Source: Phycisphaerales bacterium (GTDB lineage Bacteria; Planctomycetota; Phycisphaerae; Sedimentisphaerales; Anaerobacaceae). Taken from it: a stretch of DNA of 64,000 nucleotides. Both the position numbers and the translations under genes were made by a program. Location of the stretch: contig JAUVYV010000018.1 of assembly GCA_030602885.1 (NCBI GenBank), positions 327 to 64,326 on the forward strand, read 5' to 3'. Below are positions 8,304-19,012 of this stretch, in pieces. The notes under the pieces are model-generated. The model did no database searches and was not told where the DNA came from. It saw only the letters and a list, made by a program, of their open reading frames with translations. Each line of letters begins with the position of its first letter. Within the stretch, counting starts at the first letter, position 1.

Positions 8304-10001
8304 ATGAGGCCGATTCGCAACGAAAATCTGGCGCAATTGCTCATGCAGATGCGCTTCACCCCGCCCGCCAAACGCAGCAGGCAGCTCAACGCCGCGGAAA
8401 AACTCCTCTCAATCATCGATGTGGAAAAAGAGTATCCTTTCGAGTTTGTCTATTACAAGATCACCGGTCACCGACCGAAAACTGAGATTCCTCAACAGCT
8501 TGTCAGGGGAGACCAGCTCGCAGAGGACCTCAGAATCCTCATCTGGAAACTCTCAGGCCAGCTCGCCGCCCCCGTTTCACTGCAGCGAGAGAAAGTTTAC
8601 ACTACCGAAGAGCTTGCCAAACATCTCAGCGTCTCGGCAAAGACCATCGCCCGATGGCGAAAAAAAGGCCTGATGACACGTAAGTTCCTCTTCGACGACG
8701 GCAAGAAACGGCTCGGCTTCCTGAAGTCCGCTGTCGATAAATTCCTCAGGGAAAATCCGTCACTCGTCGAGAGTGCCGCAGGCTTCAAACGCCTCACAAA
8801 AAAAGAAAAGGACGACATTCTAAGACGCGCCGTCGCACTGGCCAAAAAGACCGACCTGAGCAGACGTCAGGTCATCGACCGGATAGCACGCGAAACCGGC
8901 AGGGCACACGAGACGATAAGGGCCGTGCTCGGCAACTACCGCAAGAACAGCTCAAAAAAGGCCCGCGTCCCGGTTCAGCCGCGCGGCGTAATCAGCCCCG
9001 CCGACGCCGCCGAACTCTATAAGCTATACAGACAGAATGTCCCTGTGGACGAGCTTTCAAAGCGATTTGGACGAACCAGAAGCTCCGTTTACAGAATCAT
9101 AAGCCAAAAAAGAGCAAGAGCGCTGCTCGCTAAAAAAATCGAATTCATACCAAGCCCCGAATTCCAGCGACCCGATGCTCGCGACGACATCCTCGCAGAG
9201 CCCCTCGACTGGCACCTGCTCTTATCTCACACTACAGACTGCCCGCTTAACCTGGAGAACCATTCACTACCGGAATACATCGAGGCCCTAACGAACACCC
9301 CCATCCTCAACAGAGACACCGAGCTCGAGCTCTTTCGAAGATACAACTTCCTGAAATTCCTCGCCTCCACCGCCAGAGCCGACCTCAGCCTGGCCAGGCC
9401 CCGAGGCCGGTTTCTTGAACAAATCGAAAGTTACCTCGAACAAGCTGAGACTATCAAAAAGATACTCGTCGAGGTAAACCTCCCACTCGTCGTCACCATC
9501 GCAAACAAGCACACTACTACAGGCGCCAACCTCCTTGACCTCGTCAGCGAAGGAAACGTCTCTCTTATGAACGCCGTCGAAAAATTCGACTACACAAAGG
9601 GATTCCGTTTCGCCACCTACGCAACCTGGGCGATCGCAAAGGACTTCGCCAGAAAGATACCCGCCGAGGCCCTGCGACTGCGAAAAACCACCGACACCGA
9701 CATGGAGAAGCTCCAAAAGGACTTCAGAGCAAAAACAGCCGCACCGATCGTCGCAATCGAACGAGCAAGGCACAACCTCATTAAGCTCATAAAGCAAAAC
9801 CTCGACGACCGCGAACAGTACGTCATTATCAGCCACTTCGCCCTGACCGGAACCCTTATCAGAAAAAACAGAAAGACCCTAAAGCAGATCGGCGACGACC
9901 TCGGCCTTACCAAAGAGCGCGTCAGGCAAATCGAGCTTGTCGCCCTCCAAAAACTCAGACAATCCCTCAGCGCCGAGGAATTCGACCTCCTCACCGGCTG
10001 A
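8304..10001 (+). CDS. Sigma-70 family RNA polymerase sigma factor with a ~330-aa N-terminal extension.
   Basis: Region 2 is NLPLVVTIANKH...GNVSLMNAVEKFDYTKGFRFATYATWAI. Region 4 is LKQIGDDLGLTKERVRQIELVALQKLR. The N-terminus carries extra HTH-like segments. Confidence 0.85.
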   Translation: MRPIRNENLAQLLMQMRFTPPAKRSRQLNAAEKLLSIIDVEKEYPFEFVYYKITGHRPKTEIPQQLVRGDQLAEDLRILIWKLSGQLAAPVSLQREKVYTTEELAKHLSVSAKTIARWRKKGLMTRKFLFDDGKKRLGFLKSAVDKFLRENPSLVESAAGFKRLTKKEKDDILRRAVALAKKTDLSRRQVIDRIARETGRAHETIRAVLGNYRKNSSKKARVPVQPRGVISPADAAELYKLYRQNVPVDELSKRFGRTRSSVYRIISQKRARALLAKKIEFIPSPEFQRPDARDDILAEPLDWHLLLSHTTDCPLNLENHSLPEYIEALTNTPILNRDTELELFRRYNFLKFLASTARADLSLARPRGRFLEQIESYLEQAETIKKILVEVNLPLVVTIANKHTTTGANLLDLVSEGNVSLMNAVEKFDYTKGFRFATYATWAIAKDFARKIPAEALRLRKTTDTDMEKLQKDFRAKTAAPIVAIERARHNLIKLIKQNLDDREQYVIISHFALTGTLIRKNRKTLKQIGDDLGLTKERVRQIELVALQKLRQSLSAEEFDLLTG

Positions 10002-10038
10002 AAGCACCTTATTGGGGACTTTTGTATTCGGTCATGGC

Positions 10039-10067
10039 TTGACAGGGGCGTCCTGATTTGCGATAAT
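10039..10067 (+). promoter_or_regulatory. Sigma-70-type promoter upstream of the large GH78 gene.
   Basis: TTGACA, 17-nt spacer, GATAAT. It lies ~95 nt upstream of the ATG at 10163. Confidence 0.5.
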
Positions 10068-10162
10068 ATACTTCGCCGGTTTTGTAAGATTATTTCTTAT
10101 GAGCGGTTAGGGGCAATGCGGTTTTTATGCCTCGAATCTGCTTGCTGCTGAGGAGGTGTGAT

Positions 10163-13100
10163 ATGTGCAGAGGGTTTTCTGTTTTTGTCCTGGTTCTGTT
10201 CTTTCTTGCGATTCCAACCGTTGCCCGTGCGGATATTGTTATTGAGCAGGAGGGATATTCTCCGCAGGTCAGTGAGCGCGGTGCAACTTCGGACCAATAC
10301 ACGATTGCTTTAACACAAGGGCCGACTTCGACTGTTACCGTCGATATTGACTCACTTGAAGCCAGCCAGATCAGTGTTCCGTCTGCGGTTGTATTTACAC
10401 TCGCCGACTGGACGCCGAAGACGGTTACGGTAACTGCTGTTGATGACATTGATATCGAGACACAGCCTCATTACGCCGTCATACGCCACACCGTGACTAG
10501 CGCCGATACATATTATGACGAATTTGAGCTTCAGGATGTTATTGTCACAATCAACGATGATGATTGCGGCTCGCTGGGCTACCTCAACGAAGACCTCAAT
10601 GCCGACTGCAATGTTAACTTCCTTGATTATGCGATGCTTGCATTTAACTGGCTCAGCGCGACAGGCCCCGGCGGTGACATCGACGGTGACAACTACATGG
10701 ACGGCAACGACCTGGCCCGGCTCGCCGATGACTGGCTCAACTGCACATGGCCTCACCTCGAGAGATGCTCAAAACCTCTCAGCCTTAAACTACTCTGCGA
10801 ATACCGCCGGGACCCCCTCGGCGTTGACGAATCCAACCCGAGACTGTCATGGGTAATCGATACCAATACACGCAACTTCCATCAGAGCGCATATCAGATT
10901 CTTGTTGCATCGACACTTGAAAAACTTACCGAGACACAAGCCGACTTCTGGAATTCCGGCATGGTCGGCTCGGATGAGTCCGTCAATATTGCCTATGACG
11001 GCAATCCACTTTCTTCGGGGCAGCTTTGCTACTGGAAGCTCAGGGTCTGGGACGGTTTTGGCCAGGATTGTGACTGGAGCGAGCCGGCGCAGTGGTCCGT
11101 GGGCATGCTGAATCCCGCCGACTGGCAGGGCATCTGGGTCAACGACGGAAAACCCACGCCGGCAACGTATGCAGATTTCTTTCAAGACGACCCGGCGCCG
11201 CTGTTCAGGAAGGAATTTTCCATCAGTAAAACCGTCACTCGCGCAACGCTGTACATCTGTGGTCTTGGCTACTATGACGCCGCCATAAACGGTCAGGCCG
11301 TCGGTGATGCCGTTCTCGACCCCGGCTGGACTACGTACTCCGAGCGGGTTCTTTACGTTACCTATGACGTTACCGACCTGCTCGCACAAGGTGATAATTG
11401 TATCGGCGTCACCTTAGGCAACGGCTGGTACAACCCGCTGCCGATGGAGCTGTTCTGTAATTTTAACTTCCGCAACTTTCTGCCGGTGGGACGTCCTCGT
11501 TTACTCATCCAGCTTAACATCGAGTACAGCGACGATTCGACCAGCTCAGTTGTCACTGATACGTCATGGAAGGTCGGCGAGGGCCCGCTGCTTCGCAACA
11601 ACGTTTATATCGGCACGCAGTACGATGCCCGCCTCGAGCTCTCTGGCTGGGACTTGCCCGGTTTTAACGATACGGCATGGGCTGATGCAAATCAATCGCT
11701 GGAGCCGATTGGCCCGTTGCGTTCTCAGCTTACCCAGCCCATTCGCGTCACCGAACTAATAAGTCCCGTCAGTATCTCCGAGCCGCAGAGCGGCGTTTAT
11801 ATCTACGATTTCGGCCAGAACTTCGCCGGCGTCGCACGACTTAATGTTACCGGAGCATCGGCTGGGACAAGAATCCGAATGCGCTATGGAGAACTGTTAT
11901 ACGGTGACGGCACTCTCGATATTTCGACGACGATAGCGGGCTACATAGGCGCTTCCTGGTGCCAGCCGGAACCGCCCGGAACAGCGGACCAAAATGATGT
12001 GTATATATGTAAAGGCACAGCATCTGAAACATATACTCCGCCCTTTACCTTCCACGGGTTCAGATACCTCGAGCTTACCGGCTATCCCGGAACGCCGACA
12101 CTCGATACCGTCGAAGGGCTTCGTATGAACTCCGATGTTGACAACGTCACGGACTTCGCCTGCTCAAACCCGATGTTCAATACGCTCTGGAAGATGTTCG
12201 ACTGGACCCTCAAGAGTAATCTCCACTCAATTCAGTCCGACTGTCCCGGTCGTGAGAAGCTCGGCTACGGCGGTGACATCGTTTCATCTTCCGAGGCGGT
12301 AATGTTCGACCTTGACATGTCCAACTTCTACGTAAAGGTCGCTCGCGACTTCAACGACGCCGTTCGGCCCAATGGCGGCCTGACCGAGACCGCTCCTTAT
12401 GTCGGAATTGCCGACGAGGGTTTCGGCGGCGGGTCAGGTCCTATCGGCTGGGGTACGGCTCATCCGATGCTGCTTTGGCAACTTCGTCAATACTACGGCA
12501 ATGTTAAACTGCTATCCGAGCAATACGAGGTAATGAAGGCTTGGGTGGACCTGTTGGCTGCAAACGCCTCCGGCTATATAATATCAATCGGAATCGGCGA
12601 CCACGCCTCTGTTGATTCGAAACCCACGCCGCTGACGAGCACCGCGTTCTTTTACTATAACGCAAAGCTCTGTGCCGATATCGCGGCATTGATAGGTGAA
12701 ACCGCCGATGCCGCCTACTACGGTAACCTCGCCGACAATATCAAAACCGCTTTCAACAATCAGTTCTTCAATTCCTCAACAGGTGTTTACTCTACGGGTA
12801 CACAGTGCTGCCAGGCATTTGCCCTCTACTTCGACCTTGTCCCCGACGGCTACCGTGATATCGTCACTGATGTTCTCGTCGAGGATATTATCGATAACGC
12901 AGGCCATCTCACTACCGGCATCTTCGGAACAAAGTACATGTTCGACCAGCTCACTGCCACCGACAATGCTTACATCGCCTATGCAATCGCCAATCAGAGA
13001 ACGTATCCCGGCTACGGCAACATGATTGAAAACGGAGCAACTACAATATGGGAAAACTGGGGCGGCGGCGGCTCTCGAAACCACCCGATGTTCGGCTCTG

Positions 13101-14437
13101 TCTGCGAGTGGTTCGTAAAGGCCCTGGCCGGCATCAATCCCGAACCCGATGCCGTTGCATTTGACCCTGTCATAATAAAACCCAACATCCTTGCAGAATT
13201 ATCCTGGGCACGCGCCTCCTATAACTGCGTGCGAGGCCCAATCGAATCCTACTGGCGGCTGGTTGACGATGTGCTCTACCTCGATGTCACTATCCCCGGC
13301 AATACAAGTGCCACCATTTATGTCCCCGCCGCCGACGCAAATGACGTCAACGAATCCGGTACCCCGGCCCTGTCGGTTTCGGACCTGACTTATATCGGTA
13401 TGGCCGGCGGCGCCGCTGTCTTCGAGGCAGGTTCGGGTAAATACAGCTTTACATCGACCTCGCCCACCATCGTCGCCGACAACGACCCGCCGATACCGGC
13501 AACTGCGACCTGGAATGCAGCCCCGTACGCAATAAGCTCCAGCTCAATCTCGATGAGCGTTAATTCCGTCAAGGACCTTTCCGGGGTGGAGTATTACTTC
13601 GATTGCCTAACGGCAGGGGGTCACGACTCCGGCTGGCAGGATTCCACCGAATACACCGATACGTCACTTACCCCTGATACGCAATATACATACCGCGTCA
13701 AGGCCCGTGATAAGTCCGTCAATCATAACGAGACAAATTACTCATCCAATGCTTCGGCAACTACCTATGCGGCAGGCACTGAGCCAATCGCGTTTGACAA
13801 CGCGACCTCAGACGAGAGCAGCTCCGGCGGCTCGTCGCTTTCATTCTCGCACACTATCGGCTCCGACCCCAACCGGCTGCTCGTTGTCGGCTTAGCTGCG
13901 GAAGACCAGACCCCAGCCGACCTTGTGGTGAGCAGTGTCACCTATAACAGTGTCGCTATGAATCTTGTTTCCGGCTCCAGCTCGACCGTGGGCAGCGACT
14001 ATCGAATGAAGACCGACCTGTATTACCTGCTCGAGACCGACCTGCCCTCATCCGGCTCATACACCGTTGCCATAAACTATTCAGGCCCCATCGACAATAT
14101 AAACGCCGGCGCGATTTCCCTCGCCTACGTCGCCCAGCAGCCCCGCGAAGCGGTTAATACCAGTACCGCCACGTCAAGTCCAATTTCGACATCCGTCACG
14201 ACGGTCACCAACGGTGTATGGCTTGTGGATGTCATCGGCTGCGGCAACCCCGGCTCGTTCACGGAGAACGCTTCGGGTATGGTTGAGAGATGGGATATAT
14301 CAGCCGACAGCTCTACCGGTGCGTCCGGCACCAAGCCCGTCCCATCGGCGGGAGCAACGATAATGAGCTGGCAGCGGTCAAGTGTCAATCGGCTCACTCA
14401 CTCCGTCGCCGCGTTCGCACCGGCAAATGCCCCCTGA
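10163..14437 (+). CDS. Secreted multidomain alpha-L-rhamnosidase (GH78). It has an N-terminal beta-domain, a dockerin-like module, a C-terminal FN3 domain and an unknown C-terminal domain.
   Basis: An aggagg RBS precedes the ATG at 10163. The signal peptide is MCRGFSVFVLVLFFLAIPTVARA. The GH78 N-terminal signature is RLSWVI...HQSAYQILVAS, and the protein resembles the second GH78 gene at 30892. The dockerin-like segment is DLNADCNVNFLDYAMLAFNWL...DIDGDNYMDGNDLARLADDWL. Confidence 0.85.
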   Translation: MCRGFSVFVLVLFFLAIPTVARADIVIEQEGYSPQVSERGATSDQYTIALTQGPTSTVTVDIDSLEASQISVPSAVVFTLADWTPKTVTVTAVDDIDIETQPHYAVIRHTVTSADTYYDEFELQDVIVTINDDDCGSLGYLNEDLNADCNVNFLDYAMLAFNWLSATGPGGDIDGDNYMDGNDLARLADDWLNCTWPHLERCSKPLSLKLLCEYRRDPLGVDESNPRLSWVIDTNTRNFHQSAYQILVASTLEKLTETQADFWNSGMVGSDESVNIAYDGNPLSSGQLCYWKLRVWDGFGQDCDWSEPAQWSVGMLNPADWQGIWVNDGKPTPATYADFFQDDPAPLFRKEFSISKTVTRATLYICGLGYYDAAINGQAVGDAVLDPGWTTYSERVLYVTYDVTDLLAQGDNCIGVTLGNGWYNPLPMELFCNFNFRNFLPVGRPRLLIQLNIEYSDDSTSSVVTDTSWKVGEGPLLRNNVYIGTQYDARLELSGWDLPGFNDTAWADANQSLEPIGPLRSQLTQPIRVTELISPVSISEPQSGVYIYDFGQNFAGVARLNVTGASAGTRIRMRYGELLYGDGTLDISTTIAGYIGASWCQPEPPGTADQNDVYICKGTASETYTPPFTFHGFRYLELTGYPGTPTLDTVEGLRMNSDVDNVTDFACSNPMFNTLWKMFDWTLKSNLHSIQSDCPGREKLGYGGDIVSSSEAVMFDLDMSNFYVKVARDFNDAVRPNGGLTETAPYVGIADEGFGGGSGPIGWGTAHPMLLWQLRQYYGNVKLLSEQYEVMKAWVDLLAANASGYIISIGIGDHASVDSKPTPLTSTAFFYYNAKLCADIAALIGETADAAYYGNLADNIKTAFNNQFFNSSTGVYSTGTQCCQAFALYFDLVPDGYRDIVTDVLVEDIIDNAGHLTTGIFGTKYMFDQLTATDNAYIAYAIANQRTYPGYGNMIENGATTIWENWGGGGSRNHPMFGSVCEWFVKALAGINPEPDAVAFDPVIIKPNILAELSWARASYNCVRGPIESYWRLVDDVLYLDVTIPGNTSATIYVPAADANDVNESGTPALSVSDLTYIGMAGGAAVFEAGSGKYSFTSTSPTIVADNDPPIPATATWNAAPYAISSSSISMSVNSVKDLSGVEYYFDCLTAGGHDSGWQDSTEYTDTSLTPDTQYTYRVKARDKSVNHNETNYSSNASATTYAAGTEPIAFDNATSDESSSGGSSLSFSHTIGSDPNRLLVVGLAAEDQTPADLVVSSVTYNSVAMNLVSGSSSTVGSDYRMKTDLYYLLETDLPSSGSYTVAINYSGPIDNINAGAISLAYVAQQPREAVNTSTATSSPISTSVTTVTNGVWLVDVIGCGNPGSFTENASGMVERWDISADSSTGASGTKPVPSAGATIMSWQRSSVNRLTHSVAAFAPANAP

Positions 14438-14561
14438 TGGATTATGACTTAAAGTTACATAGATTCTAACACATCGGGCAGCGTATTCGGGTATTATCCA
14501 GAGCGAAGTCATAACCGGGGCAGATTTTTTCGGCAATCATTGCCTAATACCGATCTGCGCA

Positions 14562-15257
14562 TCAGCTTATGTATATCAGGTACAGGCCTCCGGCGATAAC
14601 GAGCAGGCCGCAGATTCTCTTTAGAATCACCGCTCCCTTCGACTTTTCGGTCCAGTTCATGTACCGCTGCACCACTTCCGTAAATGTCCCCGCGAAAACA
14701 ATCACCGAACAGTGCCCCACTCCGTAAACAACCAGCAGCAGTATCCCGTAAAGAAGATTCGTGGACGCCAGCCTGAACGTCACCGCTAACATCGGCGCCA
14801 TATACGCAAACGTGCACGGCCCAAGCGCGATACCGAAAACAAGACCGAGGATAAAAGCAGCCAGCATACCCTTCTTCTTCATCCCAACCTGCCCCGGCCC
14901 CGACCACGGCATCGGTATCACATCCAGCAAATGCAAACCCACAACAAAGAATACAACCGCCACAAAGTAATTCCCGTATTTCCCTACATCGCCCATCATC
15001 CTGCCCGCCGCCGCGGTAACAGCACCAATCGCTCCGATGGTGAACAGAATCCCCACTGCAAAGAGCGTGGAAATAATAAAAGCTCTTTTCGTCGAAATCC
15101 TCCCCTGCCCGTCTATAAATCCCACTATCAGCGGAATACTTGCCAAGTGACAAGGACTGAGAACTATGCTTAGTACCCCCCATACAAACGCCGCTCCGAC
15201 CGCGACCACAGTAGCCCCTTCAACAGCCCTTGACAGAAACGTAAATAGTTGTTCCAT
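14562..15257 (-). CDS. CcdA/DsbD-family transmembrane thiol:disulfide electron transporter.
   Basis: Polytopic membrane protein with the two conserved Cys motifs LSPCHL and GPCTFAYM. Confidence 0.8.
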   Translation of the reverse strand: MEQLFTFLSRAVEGATVVAVGAAFVWGVLSIVLSPCHLASIPLIVGFIDGQGRISTKRAFIISTLFAVGILFTIGAIGAVTAAAGRMMGDVGKYGNYFVAVVFFVVGLHLLDVIPMPWSGPGQVGMKKKGMLAAFILGLVFGIALGPCTFAYMAPMLAVTFRLASTNLLYGILLLVVYGVGHCSVIVFAGTFTEVVQRYMNWTEKSKGAVILKRICGLLVIAGGLYLIYIS

Positions 15258-15282
15258 GACCTCTTTGTCCTCCGCACATTAT

Positions 15283-16587
15283 CTACTTCGGGGAACATTC
15301 TCCGATCTTGCAGGCCTTTTTTATCTGTTCCGGTAAGAGTTTCATCTTGTCGGCCAATGCCTGGTTTATAGTGATCGTCCTTCCGGTCTCATAAGGATTT
15401 CGTTCGAGCCATTTTCCCAGATTTTCGGGATTGACGAAGAAACCCTGGTGAAAGCACCCGGCCGAGCCCCACGTACCGTTCGCTTTTTGCCGCTGTCCGA
15501 ACCAGGCAACAGCACCGGCCGGCTCTATCGACGCGACGCTGCCGTCGAACGTCTTGACCACAATCGTCTCGCCCGTCAGGCGGTCGCGTTCATGCACTTC
15601 AATGTCCAGTCCAGTCCGAGCCGCCACTCCCATCGCACAGTGTGAGCAGCAGCCCCAGGTTTGAACGCCCCCTGCGATAACCGTTGCCGCATCCTGAGGA
15701 TAACAGGCCCGATCGCAGAATCCGCAGCGATTAGACAGCTCCTTTTCCTGGAGAGTCGAAAACGCAAGGATATTGCCCCCGCTGGCGATACGTTCCTTGA
15801 CAGCTTCGGTTCGAACGGCAAAGGCCCTGGTCCATGGCCTGCCTGTGGTCTCATCCTGTCCGTACAGGAAGAAGGCCTCGCTAACCGGCACGCGATTGCT
15901 CGTGCCCCAGTCCGTCATCGAAACTTTTTTCTCAAATCCGGTTTTGTCCTCCGTCAGACAGGAATACATTATGAAATAGCAATGCGGACTGCAGAGCCGA
16001 ACAGGCCCCTTGTCTGTATCCACCACCACAAGCGCCTTCGGCTTAATCGTACCATCGCACATGTAGCAGATTGTCTCTCTCGACCGGCTGTCTGCCTGAG
16101 CGGGAACGAGTCTCTCAATAAACACACCGCCCGATACTTTCGGTACTTTAAACTCGTAGCCCAGCTCTTTCCACTTGGCAAGAATATCCTCTTTCGAAAA
16201 GAAACCCTCGTGGCGGAAAAGCTCTTTTCCCGAAGCATCGAAGAAAACTTGCGTCGGTATGACGCGGATACCATATTCGGCTCCGGCATCCGGATTCTTC
16301 CACACGTCGATGAAATCCACCTTCAAGTGCCCCTCATACTCCTTCGCAAGTTCGGCCAGCATCGGAGCCATCATCTTGCACGGAATGCACTTGTCCGCCC
16401 CCAAATCCACGAACCGAACCGTTTTTCCTGTCGCTGCTTGGGCCTGCTCAACGGTGTCGGCTTTGCTATGCGCACTCGCCGGCTGAATCGGCTCAGCGGT
16501 GTCCCCGCGATTATGCTTAAGCGCGACAACTCCTGCGACAGCACCTGCAAGGGCTGCGACTATTATAATTCGCCAAATTAGTTTCAT
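15283..16587 (-). CDS. Membrane-anchored thioredoxin-fold protein fused to two TRASH-type metal-binding domains.
   Basis: An N-terminal TM helix is followed by a Trx fold with the active site CIPC. Two exact C-x2-C-x21-C-x3-C spacings follow (CYMC...CSPHC and CGFC...CCSHC). Confidence 0.7.
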   Translation of the reverse strand: MKLIWRIIIVAALAGAVAGVVALKHNRGDTAEPIQPASAHSKADTVEQAQAATGKTVRFVDLGADKCIPCKMMAPMLAELAKEYEGHLKVDFIDVWKNPDAGAEYGIRVIPTQVFFDASGKELFRHEGFFSKEDILAKWKELGYEFKVPKVSGGVFIERLVPAQADSRSRETICYMCDGTIKPKALVVVDTDKGPVRLCSPHCYFIMYSCLTEDKTGFEKKVSMTDWGTSNRVPVSEAFFLYGQDETTGRPWTRAFAVRTEAVKERIASGGNILAFSTLQEKELSNRCGFCDRACYPQDAATVIAGGVQTWGCCSHCAMGVAARTGLDIEVHERDRLTGETIVVKTFDGSVASIEPAGAVAWFGQRQKANGTWGSAGCFHQGFFVNPENLGKWLERNPYETGRTITINQALADKMKLLPEQIKKACKIGECSPK

Positions 16588-16699
16588 CCCGCATCACCTT
16601 TCAATTTATTAGCTCCGTAGCCTTATCTACCACCTTTGCCACATTCTCGTCGTTGGCGGCATACCTGTTCTTCGCCCATCTCTTGTCTCCTTTCAAAAA

Positions 16700-16933
16700 T
16701 CAACTGAGCATCTGTTTTATTTCGCTCACACTCGCTACCTTGCCTGCCACCTTCACCTCGCCGTCGATTGCCAGAGCAGGTGTCACCATCACCCCGAACT
16801 TCATGATGTCATTTATCTGTGTCACCTTCTCTATCTCGTATTCGATTTGCGTTTCCTTCGCCGCCGCCTCTGCGTTGGCGGCTAATTTTGTGCACTTCGG
16901 ACAGCCCGTCCCCAATATCTGTATCTTCTTCAT
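16700..16933 (-). CDS. Small thioredoxin-like protein (redox-active disulfide protein 2 type).
   Basis: [14 protein letters not shown]...ALAIDGEV. The ATG at 16933 overlaps the acr3 stop codon (ATGA). Confidence 0.8.
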   Translation of the reverse strand: MKKIQILGTGCPKCTKLAANAEAAAKETQIEYEIEKVTQINDIMKFGVMVTPALAIDGEVKVAGKVASVSEIKQMLS

Positions 16934-18111
16934 GTGTCGTCTCCGAGTTTGGCGGTTGTGAACCAGTTTTGCGTTCGCAGACATACCTTAACCAGCATCA
17001 GCATTACCGGCACCTCAATCAGCACGCCGACAACCGTCGCCAAAGCAGCGCCCGAAGACAGGCCGAACAGCATCGTCGACGTCGCTATTGCCACCTCAAA
17101 ATGATTCGACGCACCTATCATCGCCGAAGGCGCGGCGTCGCGGTATTCGAGCTTCAGCATTCTCGCCCCCACGTAAGCTATCCAGAAAATTAAATTCGTC
17201 TGGATAAACAAAGGTATCGCTATCCACAGAATTGTCAGGGGATTCGAAAGGATTACGTCGCCTTTGAATGAGAACAACAGCACAAGCGTAATGAGCAGCG
17301 CGATGATCGTAATCGGCGTCAAAAAATGCAGAAATCGCTCTTTGAACCACTCTTCTCCTTTAGCGGCTATAATCCATCTTCTCGACAGATATCCTGCCAT
17401 CAGAGGCAGCGCCACGTAAATCCCTATCGAAAGAACCAGCGCCTGCCACGGTACCGGCAGCCGACCCACACCCAGGAGAAAACCACCCAGCAGCCCGTAC
17501 AAAAACAGCATCGTCAGCGAGTTTATCGCTACCATTACAAGCGTATGGCCGTCATTCCCTTTGGCCAGGTATCCCCACACAAGAACCATAGCCGTACACG
17601 GAGCGATACCTAACAGGATGCAACCTGCCAGATAGCTTCGCCACAGCGGAACCTCCAGCATCTTTACCCCGTTTTCCACGACCACCGTTCCGACACCGTA
17701 CTGTCCGCCAACCGGCAAATCCAGACCGAACGGCATCTTCACAAGGTCCGTCGCCTCGGGGCCGATGAAGCCGTGGAAAAGCACGCCAAGGAACAGGAGC
17801 GATATCGCATACATCGTAAACGGCTTAATCGCCCAGTTCACGAATAGCGTAAGCCCCACCGGCTTTATGCTTCTCCCCGCCCTTAGAACCTCGCCGAAAT
17901 CTATCTTGACCATTATCGGGTACATCATAAAAAACAGGCAAATTGCAATCGGTATAGACACTACCGGTGCATTACCCACGTAAATAGCTATCGAATCAAG
18001 CCACCTTGCAATACCCGGCGCAAAACGTCCAAGAACAATCCCGCCCCCGATGCAAAGAAGCACCCATAAAGTCAGGTACTTCTCGAAAATACTCAAACCT
18101 TTTTCTTTCAT
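16930..18111 (-). CDS. acr3: Arsenite efflux transporter, ACR3 family.
   Basis: The N-terminus [12 protein letters not shown]...[11 protein letters not shown] and the roughly 10-TM profile are typical of Acr3. Confidence 0.85.
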   Translation of the reverse strand: MKEKGLSIFEKYLTLWVLLCIGGGIVLGRFAPGIARWLDSIAIYVGNAPVVSIPIAICLFFMMYPIMVKIDFGEVLRAGRSIKPVGLTLFVNWAIKPFTMYAISLLFLGVLFHGFIGPEATDLVKMPFGLDLPVGGQYGVGTVVVENGVKMLEVPLWRSYLAGCILLGIAPCTAMVLVWGYLAKGNDGHTLVMVAINSLTMLFLYGLLGGFLLGVGRLPVPWQALVLSIGIYVALPLMAGYLSRRWIIAAKGEEWFKERFLHFLTPITIIALLITLVLLFSFKGDVILSNPLTILWIAIPLFIQTNLIFWIAYVGARMLKLEYRDAAPSAMIGASNHFEVAIATSTMLFGLSSGAALATVVGVLIEVPVMLMLVKVCLRTQNWFTTAKLGDDT

Positions 18112-18200
18112 GGCAGCAGATGCCTCCGACCCTGTTACAAGACCCTTTAATACGCTTAGGTCTTGTCCGGGCCCTTTCTCTTATCACTATCACACATAAG

Positions 18201-18902
18201 CTATCGGCTCGATTTTCTCACCGAGTTCAGCTTCAACGCTGCCTCGGCGACTCGCAGACCAAGTTTCTTTGCCGACGCCACCCCGAACTCATCTTTCGTG
18301 ATGTCGTCGTTGTAGTTGTTCCAGAGCGTTGCGCCCTGATAAGCATTGGGCTTACCGCCTACGGGGACCATTTCGTAGCAAAGCATTGCCGTCAGGATTT
18401 CCTGTATCACAAGCTCCTGTCCGCCGTTGCGGTAGGTGCCGACCGACACGACGCCCACCGGTCTGTCCGCAAGAAGAAACTCTGGTACTCGCAGAACGGC
18501 CAGTCTCTCGATAAATGCCTTGCACAATGCGCTCATGCTGCGGAAATAGCTCGGTGAACCGATGATTAAGCCGTCAGGCGCGGGGTTGCGCAGCATCGGC
18601 AAAAAGATATCGAAGTCGTCTTTGGGTTGTTCAAATACATTCGGCTTGGTGCTGGAACCGATCCATCCCACAAAGTTGTAACCACCAAAGTCTATGAAGT
18701 CCGTTTCGATGCGCGCATCAGCCGCTTTTGCCGCATCCAGCGCAATTTGAACCGCCGTCGCTGTAGTTTTGCCCTTCCGAGGGCTGCATGAAACCCCGAC
18801 GATTCTTACGGTATCTGAATCCGAACCGGCTAATGCACTGCCCGCCGCCGAAACCGCGGCAGTTGCTCCGATTGCTTTGGCCACAAATTCTCTGCGATTC
18901 AT
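18201..18902 (-). CDS. Flavodoxin-fold NAD(P)H-dependent FMN reductase-like protein with a twin-arginine signal peptide.
   Basis: An aaggag RBS precedes the ATG at 18902. The Tat motif is MNRREFVAKAIGATAAVSAAGSALA. The FMN_red-like segment is IVGVSCSPRKGKTT. Confidence 0.7.
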   Translation of the reverse strand: MNRREFVAKAIGATAAVSAAGSALAGSDSDTVRIVGVSCSPRKGKTTATAVQIALDAAKAADARIETDFIDFGGYNFVGWIGSSTKPNVFEQPKDDFDIFLPMLRNPAPDGLIIGSPSYFRSMSALCKAFIERLAVLRVPEFLLADRPVGVVSVGTYRNGGQELVIQEILTAMLCYEMVPVGGKPNAYQGATLWNNYNDDITKDEFGVASAKKLGLRVAEAALKLNSVRKSSR

Positions 18903-19012
18903 TGCATGTCTCCTTTCTGATCGGTCGTAATGCCCATACTTCACATCGTTTTTCTGCGCCCAGATAACCAATTCCGATTTTTCACTTACAGCAGCTATAT
19001 ACACCGTCCCTG

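Noticed and set aside
15661-16581. A long 306-aa ORF antisense to the Trx-TRASH gene. Similar long antisense ORFs occur at 31624-32547, 37111-37989, 53170-54549, 19811-20716, 25686-26513 and 55891-56571.
   Set aside because: Each is fully embedded opposite a confidently assigned gene. Each is Arg/Pro/His-rich, as expected for the antisense frames of GC-rich coding sequence, and none has a recognisable motif.
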